Below, in pieces: positions 37,789 through 47,031 of a DNA stretch of 64,000 bases (positions are counted from its first letter, which is position 1; every line of letters begins with the position of its first letter). The notes under the pieces were generated by a model. It made no database searches, was not told the origin of the DNA, and saw nothing but the letters and a program-made list of their open reading frames with translations. Origin of the DNA: Escherichia coli (GTDB lineage Bacteria > Pseudomonadota > Gammaproteobacteria > Enterobacterales > Enterobacteriaceae); the NCBI RefSeq assembly GCF_048403405.1, contig NZ_CP183131.1, one strand, 5' to 3'. The translations under genes and the position numbers were made by a program.

Positions 37789-37803
37789 CGTTTACTGGAT
37801 CGG

Positions 37804-38181
37804 TTATTGATTTTGAGGAACCGCTTCCGAATGTTTTTCCGAAGCCGCAACGCTAACTTCATTGGCTGGTCGGGCCACCCCCAGAGTTTTCACTTCCTTG
37901 TTAGCATTGGCTTTAAACTTGAACATCAGACTGTACGCCGCCAGCAGGAAGAAGCTGAGAATGCCCCAGTAGGTCTGAACCGTGCCCAGAGCCTTGGCCG
38001 GGTCACTTGCAGCTCTGTTGGCCGTATCAGCAGCCAACTTAACCCACTGACTCCAGTCAAAACCTGCCGCAAAAGCAGACAGCCAAAACGCGACGGCCAC
38101 TGGAACGATGAAGATGCACATCAGCACCGCGTTCATCAAAAACCAGAAAAATTGTTTATTAAGGTTCACACTTCCTCCCAT
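37804..38181 (-). CDS. small membrane protein (125 aa)
   Basis: ORF track; hydrophobic; start overlaps upstream stop (TAATG). Confidence 0.45.
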   Translation of the reverse strand: MGGSVNLNKQFFWFLMNAVLMCIFIVPVAVAFWLSAFAAGFDWSQWVKLAADTANRAASDPAKALGTVQTYWGILSFFLLAAYSLMFKFKANANKEVKTLGVARPANEVSVAASEKHSEAVPQNQ

Positions 38182-38324
38182 TAACCTAGAAAATTGAATG
38201 CGTGTTCCAGGTTCATCCCTGCAACAACACCTATAACGAACATCACCTGCCAGACAAGGAACTGCCAGGAGATGAATGAACCAGATGAGCTTTCGCTTTC
38301 TCTGACGTGAGCTTGTGCGGACAT
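38181..38324 (-). CDS. small membrane peptide (47 aa)
   Basis: Manual; RBS GGAGGG; TAATG overlap with next gene. Confidence 0.35.
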   Translation of the reverse strand: MSAQAHVRESESSSGSFISWQFLVWQVMFVIGVVAGMNLEHAFNFLG

Positions 38325-38399
38325 AGACCCTCCAAATAACTTGTCGTCATCACGGAGTAATCGTCTCTTAATTGATCAATCTAGGAACAGTGCTGTTAC

Positions 38400-38415
38400 G
38401 GCCCATTTTGGGCAC
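38400..38415. promoter_or_regulatory. FlhDC-family activator box GGCCCATTTTGGGCAC
   Basis: In the 38325..38504 intergenic region. Confidence 0.5.
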
Positions 38416-38460
38416 TTTATGGAGGTTTATTCGAGGAGATGATAAGAGCGGGAGGCGAAA

Positions 38461-38480
38461 AACTTTCACATGTGAAAGTT
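38461..38480. promoter_or_regulatory. 20-bp perfect palindrome AACTTTCACATGTGAAAGTT (parS-like)
   Basis: Read directly. Confidence 0.6.
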
Positions 38481-38504
38481 CAAAGCGGCCAATGGCCGCT
38501 TGTT

Positions 38505-39167
38505 TCACACTGTTCTATTGTAACGGAGTTCTCGATAAGCATCCCATGCTTGCTCTGATGAGACACCTCGACAACCAACATCTGTGGCGCACTCAAGGTC
38601 CATCTTGTACTGCTTAACCTTCTGGTCTGCTGTATCGCCCCAGCTCATGGCTGATGGGTACTTGGAAACACTAAACACATTTTCAAGTTCAGCCTGATAG
38701 TCGTCGTTTTGTAACAGAGGTTCGGTTTCACCATCATCCCAGCGAATGTAAGCCTTACCCTGGAGAGCCTTCAAATGCAAAGGCACCAGTAAGGTGGAAA
38801 TCACTTCGTCAGCCCTGATGTCTTTGTAAGCACACCAGTGAGGTTTAACGGTGATCACACCATTTACCAAAACGATGTCACACGCCAGTGTCGCTTCAAC
38901 ATTATCGTTAACATCCTGCCGAGCGTAGATCTCCACGAAACCAACCTGCTCTGGAACAACCTTGTCGATGAAGCTCCAAAAGCTGGGGTACGACGTTCCA
39001 TCGCTGAGCGTCAACTGACCGTCATGCTCTTTCAGCATACGGTTCAGTTGTGCAGTGAAGAACTCTGCCGACACTTTTCTTGCCAATGGTTCCATATCAC
39101 TCAGTCGTAGAGTGGCTCCTGCACCCCCCTCATACACCTCTCCAAAAAAGAAATCTCTCTTACGCAT
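38505..39167 (-). CDS. hypothetical protein (220 aa)
   Basis: ORF track; RBS GGAGG inside upstream gene, TAATG overlap. Confidence 0.5.
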   Translation of the reverse strand: MRKRDFFFGEVYEGGAGATLRLSDMEPLARKVSAEFFTAQLNRMLKEHDGQLTLSDGTSYPSFWSFIDKVVPEQVGFVEIYARQDVNDNVEATLACDIVLVNGVITVKPHWCAYKDIRADEVISTLLVPLHLKALQGKAYIRWDDGETEPLLQNDDYQAELENVFSVSKYPSAMSWGDTADQKVKQYKMDLECATDVGCRGVSSEQAWDAYRELRYNRTV

Positions 39168-39544
39168 TAGACTTTGCCTCCTTTAATCGCTTGCTGGGTC
39201 AGCTTGATCCAGTTCAACGGGTTTTCACAGTCAACATGGTTGCCAGCGGCACCAACTACCGTTTTGTATGCCTCCGAGCCTGCCGCTGTGTGTACTGCCA
39301 GCATAAACGAAAACATAGGGTCATTTTGCATGGTGCCAATCATCATTGCACTGGAAGTGTCTTTGAGCTGGCAGTTTTCAACCCGCAGATTGAGTACATC
39401 TTTTGCCACCATCTTACAGTCGGGACACACCTTCTCAAGGTTCTTGAGCTTTGCGTCGTCATTGAGCACATCAGGAGCCGCGATGGCAGTACCGGCCATA
39501 CACAGCCCCAGTGCCAGCAGTTTGAGTTTATTGGTTACTTTCAT
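39167..39544 (-). CDS. secreted protein (125 aa, signal peptide)
   Basis: ORF track; N-terminal signal sequence. Confidence 0.5.
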   Translation of the reverse strand: MKVTNKLKLLALGLCMAGTAIAAPDVLNDDAKLKNLEKVCPDCKMVAKDVLNLRVENCQLKDTSSAMMIGTMQNDPMFSFMLAVHTAAGSEAYKTVVGAAGNHVDCENPLNWIKLTQQAIKGGKV

Positions 39545-39553
39545 GGTTCCTCT

Positions 39554-40000
39554 CTATATCGTTCCAATTTCGTTTCGGTAAAAGAACAGTGGCCCAGTGA
39601 CTGTTCTGAGTTCCGGCGTTACTTGCTTTACTCTTGAGCAAATATGCTGCTTGAAAAAGTTGTGGTATCCGTACAAAGCTGGGCGTGTAAAAACGGAATA
39701 GATAATGAGGGTGATGGCCGCACCAGCGGCCCACCCGATCACGTCCGGAGAGATAAGTCCTGGCACGTCTGAGATACGTTCTGGTTCAACCAAGCGGCAC
39801 ACCACCAGCACCCAGAACCACATTACCGGCATCACAAAGATCATCTTTCCGACGCAAGCAATGAGCACCTTCACCAAATTCAAGCTCTGCGCCCAGTAAA
39901 GCCACAACGCAGACAAGGATTGGCGACGTATCACCTGGTAGACGTTCAATGGGATGTCGCACAGATGCACCCCATCTTGATTTATAACGGAGTAGCTCAT
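39554..40000 (-). CDS. membrane protein (148 aa)
   Basis: ORF track; hydrophobic segments. Confidence 0.5.
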   Translation of the reverse strand: MSYSVINQDGVHLCDIPLNVYQVIRRQSLSALWLYWAQSLNLVKVLIACVGKMIFVMPVMWFWVLVVCRLVEPERISDVPGLISPDVIGWAAGAAITLIIYSVFTRPALYGYHNFFKQHICSRVKQVTPELRTVTGPLFFYRNEIGTI

Positions 40001-40009
40001 CCTCCCTCC

Positions 40010-40639
40010 CTATACCCGTTTCTGGAGGTTGCCGAACGTCAGGCCAACCAGGACACAGCACGTCATCATTGTCATCGGGATGACAACCGGATCGAGCGCT
40101 ATGGGGATGAAGAACGCGATGAACAATCCGGCCATCAGGTACATCGTTCCGCGAACGCTATAACGATGGAGAACCGGACTCGCATAATCGAAGTTGGTCC
40201 GCTTAATTCGCCATGTCATCATCCCGTCATATACCGCAGGTACGAACAGGATCAGCATATAGGGAGCCCACGCGGCTAACAGCGCCAACCGTGTGTAGAA
40301 CTGGTAAATGACGTTGACAAAGGCTTCCATGCGGCCTTTGACCCACACAAACCAGCCCTTGCCCATATCCTGCATCCCCTTGGACTTCTGGCGCTCCTCT
40401 TCTGATGGGATCAGCGTTTGGTACATCCCCTCATAGAAGCCTGAATCAATAACGCTCGACCTGAACCAGGTAGATGCTTTGTTCTGTATCCAGTCTCTTG
40501 CTTCGACACCAAGACTCTGTTCCACCAGCACGGATTCCCTTTTGATGGCTCTGTCTGTCCAGTCGCCAGGGATCAGCAGCAATATTGCCAGCAACTCAAT
40601 AACCAGCAGCCATGCGACCAGCAACCACGGCTTCTTCAT
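40010..40639 (-). CDS. polytopic membrane protein (TraJ-like position)
   Basis: ORF track; multiple TM segments; located between traD-proximal genes and traL as in SXT/IncC. Confidence 0.5.
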   Translation of the reverse strand: MKKPWLLVAWLLVIELLAILLLIPGDWTDRAIKRESVLVEQSLGVEARDWIQNKASTWFRSSVIDSGFYEGMYQTLIPSEEERQKSKGMQDMGKGWFVWVKGRMEAFVNVIYQFYTRLALLAAWAPYMLILFVPAVYDGMMTWRIKRTNFDYASPVLHRYSVRGTMYLMAGLFIAFFIPIALDPVVIPMTMMTCCVLVGLTFGNLQKRV

Positions 40640-41180
40640 AGTCGGTTCTCCTTAAAACAGTTTTCACGCTCTCACAGGTGATGAGCTCATACAGCAAGCC
40701 ACGCAAAGAGGTCTCATCCTCATGGGGCTGCGGGTTAATGGATAGTTCTCCTGGATGGGAAGAAAGCCACAGTGAGAACGACTCTCCTGAATCGACAGAC
40801 CATGAATCACCGCCACTATCGACAATTTGCACTTCCAACGCCCGGCAGGTTTCGGTGATCAGGGTTTCCAGAAATGCCCCAATTCTGGCCGGGTCTTCAT
40901 ATTTCTCTCTCTGCTCATGAAACACGAGCTGGCTGTAGCGATGCAGAGCTTCTTCAATGATCGGGTAAATCACAGGCTCCTGATTAGCCTTAATCCCGTC
41001 TGTGATGTAGCAGCTCAGCTTCTCGATGATGGCCTCCGATGCAGGCCAGTCGAATTGGAGGATGCTCAGGATGTGAGCGTTCTTGCGGCCACGACTTTTC
41101 AATTCATTCATAACCCTGTCGAAAGGGTTCACATCGACCATGATGGCTACCTCGTAATCTCTATACTTCTTGTCACACAT
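40596..41180 (-). CDS. hypothetical protein (194 aa) downstream of traD
   Basis: ORF track. Confidence 0.5.
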   Translation of the reverse strand: MCDKKYRDYEVAIMVDVNPFDRVMNELKSRGRKNAHILSILQFDWPASEAIIEKLSCYITDGIKANQEPVIYPIIEEALHRYSQLVFHEQREKYEDPARIGAFLETLITETCRALEVQIVDSGGDSWSVDSGESFSLWLSSHPGELSINPQPHEDETSLRGLLYELITCESVKTVLRRTDYEEAVVAGRMAAGY

Positions 41181-41190
41181 AGCTCTGCTC

Positions 41191-43056
41191 TTACTGGGTC
41201 AATATGGGCAGACGGCCTTTTACGATTGTTCCGCCTGAAATTTTGGCTATGTATTCCAGGTTCGGAAGCATTCCCAATAACTGGGCTGGGAACAGATCAG
41301 CTTCCTCCTCCATCAAACGCTCGCCTTGGTTGCCTCCGTGCATAATGGGCTCCTTGCCATCCGAGTTCTGGCCTTGAGTCCGCATGACGTACTTGAGCCG
41401 GGTCTTCGGCAGGTTATCCGCGATATACTCCTGGGTTTCACCATCGACGATACGCAGAGCAAACGTGTTGTTGATGTTCCCCAACACCTGGAGCGCTTTG
41501 TCTTTGCTACCCAGTCGAGCTGCGAAGTCAGCAAAAGTCTGAGTTGCAACGAAAAGACGAAGTTTCGCACCGCGACCTTTGTTCAGGAGCTGGATGAACG
41601 GGTCGTTGATCACCTCGGCAGCCTCATCAACAAAGATATTTACGGGTCTGTTGTTGACGCCGTAGTTGTATCTGTCACCGGCAACCGCTGTCAGGTCTGA
41701 CAGGAAGATGGACCCCATAGCACTACCAACCATGTTGTCGGTCAGGGAGTCGAGCCCCAGATAAGCAACTTGAGCGTTGTTGATGATTTTTGCGGAATCG
41801 GTGATCTGGCGTTCGTCGCTCAGATCAGATGAGTCTGGAGACAGCAGAGGGCCTAGCTCCCCGGACGTCAGCATATTCATGATCGGCAGGAGGTTCGCCA
41901 CCATCTTGGAGAAGTGGGTTTGGTCGTGCTGGAACATCGACAGCAAGCCTTCCAGGTCAGAGTTCGGGTGCTCAGGTTGGATGATGTCGTAGTAGAACTT
42001 CATCAACGCGAAAGCGATCTTCTCACGCGAACCGTTTTTGGCTTTTTCCAAGTAAGCCGCTGCTTCTGCCTCCCAGTCGGGCATAACTCGCTCTGAGTAA
42101 GCCTGAACGGCCTTGATGACCAAGCCAGCAGCGCCACCTTCAAGGAATCGGCGGAGCTTTGTCAGGTTGGGACGATCATGAGTGATGACCAAGCCCTGAG
42201 CGATGTTGTTCAGTGCCTGCCATCCAAATGATTTGAACGGGTCGGCCCCTGCTTCGGACGGGATCAACGCTGCCAAACGACTTGCGATTTCAGTCACGCG
42301 GGTGAAGTTACGCAGAGGGTCGATACGCACCGACTCTTCCGGGAATGCTGGATGAAATGAGACGAATCTTTCCGGCTGCCCCATAGCTTCACAGGCACGT
42401 CGGGCATTGTCCCGCATCTCCTTATCCCCTTTCGGGTCTATGATGATCACGGCTTCCCCACGCAGAATGGCCTGTGAAATCAGGATGTCGAACATACGGG
42501 TCTTGCCCGAGCCGGTGGTCCCAACGATCAGCGAATGCCCCTCAGTGTGCTTGAGTGGCTGCATCAGCTTCTCTTCTTTGGGCTCTACCCCGTGAATCCA
42601 GGGCTGGCCGATTGGCAGCTCCTTTTTCTTACCCTGTATCTTCCGGACAACCTTTTTGACCGTGGACTCTCTCCCTACGATGGAAGTCCAGTCGCGTTTC
42701 AGGATCTCAAACACGCGCTGGGCATGGCGGTTTTCCCACAGGAACCCACTACCAAGCCACATATCGTCCGGCGTGTCCTTGATGTACTTTTGGAGCTCCG
42801 CAATGGAAATAAACTCCAGATCACGCCCCTTCAAATGCTTTTGGAGCAGGTGAAGTTTGATAGCCTTGGGCAAACGAGCCATCGCCATCACGCCACAGAT
42901 CCCCGTCATCCAATAGAATGGCTCCGGCGGCATCGTGCTGACTTGCTCTACGGCCAAAGCCGCGCCGGAGGCGGCAAGCCAGCCTGCTACAGCATTTTTT
43001 TCATAGTTGGGCCGCCACGGCATCTCGTAGGCGAGCGGGTCATAACTCATTGTCAT
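41191..43056 (-). CDS. traD: type IV coupling protein TraD
   Basis: 621 aa; Walker A GTTGSGKT; N-terminal TM; follows traI. Confidence 0.9.
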   Translation of the reverse strand: MTMSYDPLAYEMPWRPNYEKNAVAGWLAASGAALAVEQVSTMPPEPFYWMTGICGVMAMARLPKAIKLHLLQKHLKGRDLEFISIAELQKYIKDTPDDMWLGSGFLWENRHAQRVFEILKRDWTSIVGRESTVKKVVRKIQGKKKELPIGQPWIHGVEPKEEKLMQPLKHTEGHSLIVGTTGSGKTRMFDILISQAILRGEAVIIIDPKGDKEMRDNARRACEAMGQPERFVSFHPAFPEESVRIDPLRNFTRVTEIASRLAALIPSEAGADPFKSFGWQALNNIAQGLVITHDRPNLTKLRRFLEGGAAGLVIKAVQAYSERVMPDWEAEAAAYLEKAKNGSREKIAFALMKFYYDIIQPEHPNSDLEGLLSMFQHDQTHFSKMVANLLPIMNMLTSGELGPLLSPDSSDLSDERQITDSAKIINNAQVAYLGLDSLTDNMVGSAMGSIFLSDLTAVAGDRYNYGVNNRPVNIFVDEAAEVINDPFIQLLNKGRGAKLRLFVATQTFADFAARLGSKDKALQVLGNINNTFALRIVDGETQEYIADNLPKTRLKYVMRTQGQNSDGKEPIMHGGNQGERLMEEEADLFPAQLLGMLPNLEYIAKISGGTIVKGRLPILTQ

Positions 43057-46031
43057 GTTTCATTTACCTCTAAATACAATTTTCCCTGACGTTTCTTGAG
43101 CAAAGGGCGTCTCTGTGCCCGGCTCAGCATCCCGCAGAGGATGTGTTTGCTGATGCCGATGTTTTCACCGGCAATCATGTCGAAGGCTTTGTCACTGGTT
43201 ACTAAGCAGCCATCCTCTTCCAGGACAGGTGTCACGAGCCATCGGCCCGAGCGTTTTTGGATCATGTCCTTGAGCATCTGGAGTGCTTTCTGAGGCGTAA
43301 CACCAGACGGCAAGAAATCTTCCGCGTTGATGTCTTTCGGGTTTGTTTTCGCCTTAGGCGGCTCAAACTCCCTAACCTCTGGATCTTCCCTTTCTCGCAC
43401 CTCGACGTGTCCCAATTCCTTCTCACGCTCAACTTTGGGCTCAGGAGCCACCGGTTGAGCCTCCCGCTTAGGAAGGCGAGCCACGTTCTGTTTTTCTTGG
43501 ACCGGCTTGCGCTGTTGCTCTTCAACCGGAGAAGTAACATCGACCTTCTTCTCCTTCGGCTGTGGCTGGGAGTCCTTACCTTTCGCCTTTTGTTCAGGCG
43601 AGGCTTTACCGGCATTAACCTCAGGCTTCTGCTGCTGCGCCTTTTTTCGGCTTTGTTGTTTCGGTGCAGACTTATTTTTGCTTGCATCCAAGCCAGGGGG
43701 AGAGACGAGCTCAAAGGCATCCTGGTATCCACCCATTGACGCCTCGGCATCCTTAATGGCCGCCACGACTGCATCTGAAAGCTGCTCCGCCAGTACAATT
43801 GCCTTCACTCCGCTGAAATCACGAACTTTGCGACCTGGCATAATCGGGTCCGGAACAATCGCGTTGGCGTGGGACAGCTTCGAGAGAACCTCTGACGGCG
43901 CACCCAGCGACCGAGCGCCATCCGGGTACAAAATGACGGCTTGCCCCTTCATCAGGCATAGGACTTCGCCCAGCGTCGTTTTACCTTCCAAAACAGGCAT
44001 GATCGCTTGTTCAAGCAACGCCGATGCTTCCCCGTATCCAGACAACATCTCAACGAGCAAGGTCTTTGCGTCCTTCTCATGCTGATTAACGTTGTCCGTA
44101 TGCGGCATTTCTGGCGTGTGCGTTGGTTGTTCTGGTGCGTCAGTCAGCATAGGGAGCGGCTCAATCGCCCATGATGGCGGTTCATCAGAACCACCGAACA
44201 TTGGAAAGTCATCGCCCTGCAGGGAGTTTTGTTCTTGTGGAACGAAGTCCTGTTTTGGCTGCTCCTCTTGCTTTCCGGGCATTGCCACATCTGGGATTTC
44301 TGAGTTTGTTGCGTCAGTGCTGGTTGTCTCTGCCGATGCGTTGAATGCGTCAAACGGGAAGTCGATGTCCCCCAGTCCACCCCCAACATCCTTGAGTGCT
44401 TGTAACGGATTGTCGTTTGCCAAAGGTGGTGCGTTTTTGGCAATGTCCTGAGGGGACAGATCCTCTTTTGCCTCTGGTTTATGGGGTTGTTTCTCCGTAT
44501 CACTCTTCGGTTTTGCTTTGCCCGGTTTGCTCTGCGGCTTACCCTTCTTGCCAGCGTCAGGCTTAGATGATTCCGTTGGTCCCGCATCTTTTTGCTCTGG
44601 CTTCTCCTCGACAGCATCGGAGGTGCTTTTCAGCATCTCCATCGCATCACCAAAGCCAAGGCCAGCTAGAGCTTTCTCTGCTTCCTGCTCTGCGGCCAAC
44701 ATGTCATCGTTCAGAGCTGCTTCACCTTCCTCTTGGTCGTCACCGTCATCGGCTTCCTCAGGATCAACGAACTCAATCTCAGCGTCCTCAACATCACCAA
44801 CAACTTCCGCAGCAACAGCCGCAGGAGGCTCAGTCGTAAACACCAGGTCGTTTGATTCGAGTCGGAGCATCAAGATCTTCACCGAACCCGCCGCCTCCTG
44901 GAGCATCTCAGGCAAAACTTCCCAGTAGCGGTAGTACGCACGTTCACCCTTCTCCTGCACCGTGTTTGGTACAGCAAAACCACGTTCGATGAGAATGTCG
45001 GCCAGTGTGTCAGGGTCTCGTGGGATACCGGGGATCTTGTCGTGGCTGATCAAGTCATAAAGGTCCCCAAGCTGTTTCCAGGCAATGAATACACCTTGGT
45101 TGAGGTGCCAGACTTTCGCGCCTGGCTCATTGACCTTCCATTTTCCGGTTTTAACCAGGCGGCGGATGGCATCGAACACGTAACGCTCGACGGGCACACC
45201 ATAGGAGAACTCGTCCACATCGAGACGACTCTGGCGAAGGTCCCGTGAGACGCTCTCTTGGTCAGCGCGAAGCATCAGCTTGGTCACAGGCTGATTGACG
45301 CTGGTTCCTGAGATAGCTTCCAGCATCGCTTCCATGATGGACGGGCCAGACTTGGACAGAAACTCCCGAGTCTCAGCCGGAATAATTCGATCCACCGCCA
45401 GCAGCGAGAATTGCTCATGTCTTTTGTGTCGCTTGTCGCGCCACCGGATAAAGTAACGGTCGATTTCGTGACGGTGTGCCCAGTCATGAAGTGACTCCGA
45501 ATACGGGTTCCATGTGATTGACCCGTCTTTGTCCGTAATGGACACATCCGAGAGCGGTTTACCCACATCATGCAGCAGCCCAGAGAAACAGCTCGCCAGT
45601 CTCCAACGCGGCTCATTGTCACGGCGTTCCCGAGGCGTCCCCTCGATGGAAAAGATAACTGACTCAGATGCCTGAGCTGCCCAGAAGGCCACTTCAAGCC
45701 CATGTCGGAACAGACCACCAGCGCCACGGTGGTGGTGTGATTCGGAAGCTGGCAACAGGTGAACAAACGCGGCATACCGCTGGATCACCGGCAAAACAAG
45801 CCGGTTGAAGTCGTCCACAGTGAAACCGAGAGAGTTCCGCACTTTCTCAATCAGTTCAGCTTGGGTTGCCAGTATCTTGTCTAGTGGGGCCACTGGCAGG
45901 CCCTTGGCAAAAGGTGGGTATCGAGGGATTTCTTCATCTTCCACGTCTTTAAGCGGCAACACTCTGGCGCTCGGCGCGGTCTCGATCACTCCACTTCGCC
46001 CACCAAATAACTTGTTAAGGGCTTTCAGCAT
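43053..46031 (-). CDS. traI: relaxase TraI (HD-domain, MOBH-type)
   Basis: 992 aa; HD hydrolase motifs (HHHRGAGGLFRHGLEV, LLHDVGK); long disordered acidic/lysine-rich middle; precedes traD. Confidence 0.8.
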   Translation of the reverse strand: MLKALNKLFGGRSGVIETAPSARVLPLKDVEDEEIPRYPPFAKGLPVAPLDKILATQAELIEKVRNSLGFTVDDFNRLVLPVIQRYAAFVHLLPASESHHHRGAGGLFRHGLEVAFWAAQASESVIFSIEGTPRERRDNEPRWRLASCFSGLLHDVGKPLSDVSITDKDGSITWNPYSESLHDWAHRHEIDRYFIRWRDKRHKRHEQFSLLAVDRIIPAETREFLSKSGPSIMEAMLEAISGTSVNQPVTKLMLRADQESVSRDLRQSRLDVDEFSYGVPVERYVFDAIRRLVKTGKWKVNEPGAKVWHLNQGVFIAWKQLGDLYDLISHDKIPGIPRDPDTLADILIERGFAVPNTVQEKGERAYYRYWEVLPEMLQEAAGSVKILMLRLESNDLVFTTEPPAAVAAEVVGDVEDAEIEFVDPEEADDGDDQEEGEAALNDDMLAAEQEAEKALAGLGFGDAMEMLKSTSDAVEEKPEQKDAGPTESSKPDAGKKGKPQSKPGKAKPKSDTEKQPHKPEAKEDLSPQDIAKNAPPLANDNPLQALKDVGGGLGDIDFPFDAFNASAETTSTDATNSEIPDVAMPGKQEEQPKQDFVPQEQNSLQGDDFPMFGGSDEPPSWAIEPLPMLTDAPEQPTHTPEMPHTDNVNQHEKDAKTLLVEMLSGYGEASALLEQAIMPVLEGKTTLGEVLCLMKGQAVILYPDGARSLGAPSEVLSKLSHANAIVPDPIMPGRKVRDFSGVKAIVLAEQLSDAVVAAIKDAEASMGGYQDAFELVSPPGLDASKNKSAPKQQSRKKAQQQKPEVNAGKASPEQKAKGKDSQPQPKEKKVDVTSPVEEQQRKPVQEKQNVARLPKREAQPVAPEPKVEREKELGHVEVREREDPEVREFEPPKAKTNPKDINAEDFLPSGVTPQKALQMLKDMIQKRSGRWLVTPVLEEDGCLVTSDKAFDMIAGENIGISKHILCGMLSRAQRRPLLKKRQGKLYLEVNET

Positions 46032-46109
46032 GTAGGTTGACCATATTCCTATCGTATTTCTCGTCGCTACATGCTCTCAAAACACCTTTAGATCGCACAC
46101 ACGCCTATC

Positions 46110-46124
46110 TGTCCAATTTGGGCA
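46110..46124 (+). promoter_or_regulatory. FlhDC-family activator box TGTCCAATTTGGGCAG
   Basis: Between divergent traI and lipoprotein gene; same orientation as the 16105 box. Confidence 0.5.
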
Positions 46125-46198
46125 GTTTGAGAAACCAGCTTTCCATCCCCCCCCTTTTAGAATGGGCTCATCGACAATTTTTGATGAGGAACGACACG

Positions 46199-46816
46199 AT
46201 GAGACAACTGATAGCAATTCTGGGAGTGGCAATTCTGGCCGGGTGTGCCTCTAACGCCCCCGAGCAAAAGCCTCAGCCCCAGACTGCCCCTGCCGAAAAT
46301 GACAAACCTGCCCGAGTTAGCCGGGAACTGTCGATGGCATGGGACAACATGGGGCGCGGTGGTGCTGCATTACGTCAACCTGGTTATATCCATGTGCTGG
46401 GCGACGGTAATGTCAGCGCAACGATGAACAAGGTCAAAGATGACTCCGCTGGTTCAGATAAAACTCCAGCAGGGATCAAGCAGCACGGGGATGTGAACGA
46501 AGCCATCAATACCTTCAAGTCCATGAATAAAGGCAAAGGCTACTCGCTGTACGAGTTGTCACGCTGGGAACGCTATTGCGATGGCGGCAAAGGTATGGAC
46601 GAGCACGATTGGCGCTTTGTGGAAGCCGAGGGGACTACAAACATCCCCAAGGATGTTGTAACCGGCTGCATACCACCTACCCACACCTATCAAGATTATC
46701 TGAATGCCTGGACGCACTTTTGCACCAGCCAGGCTGTAACTGACGCAGATCGCCGCATTGTGCGCGAGTCCGTGCGTCCCTATTCAGTGGTGAACCCATG
46801 CAAAGCTCTGAAATAA
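46199..46816 (+). CDS. lipoprotein (205 aa)
   Basis: ORF track 46037..46816; start moved to MRQLIAILGVAILAGC (lipobox) after RBS GAGGAA. Confidence 0.55.
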   Translation: MRQLIAILGVAILAGCASNAPEQKPQPQTAPAENDKPARVSRELSMAWDNMGRGGAALRQPGYIHVLGDGNVSATMNKVKDDSAGSDKTPAGIKQHGDVNEAINTFKSMNKGKGYSLYELSRWERYCDGGKGMDEHDWRFVEAEGTTNIPKDVVTGCIPPTHTYQDYLNAWTHFCTSQAVTDADRRIVRESVRPYSVVNPCKALK

Positions 46817-47031
46817 GAAACCAGACAGAGCCAAGCCGTAAGGCTGAGCTCTTCGACGCTTTATCAATCATGCTCCAGGAGGCCGGTTCGAGGGGTAATT
46901 CCCGCGAAGCGGCCTATGTCATTTCTGGAGTCCTCGAAAACCTCTCCAGAGACTACCCCGAAGTCAAAGGTCTGGCCCAAAGCTGGGCTGAGCTGGCGAA
47001 TCTGGAATCAAAGATGAGAGGAGCTGCTTAA
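46798..47031 (+). CDS. hypothetical small protein (77 aa)
   Basis: ORF track; fills gap before topB; weak RBS. Confidence 0.35.
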   Translation: MQSSEIRNQTEPSRKAELFDALSIMLQEAGSRGNSREAAYVISGVLENLSRDYPEVKGLAQSWAELANLESKMRGAA

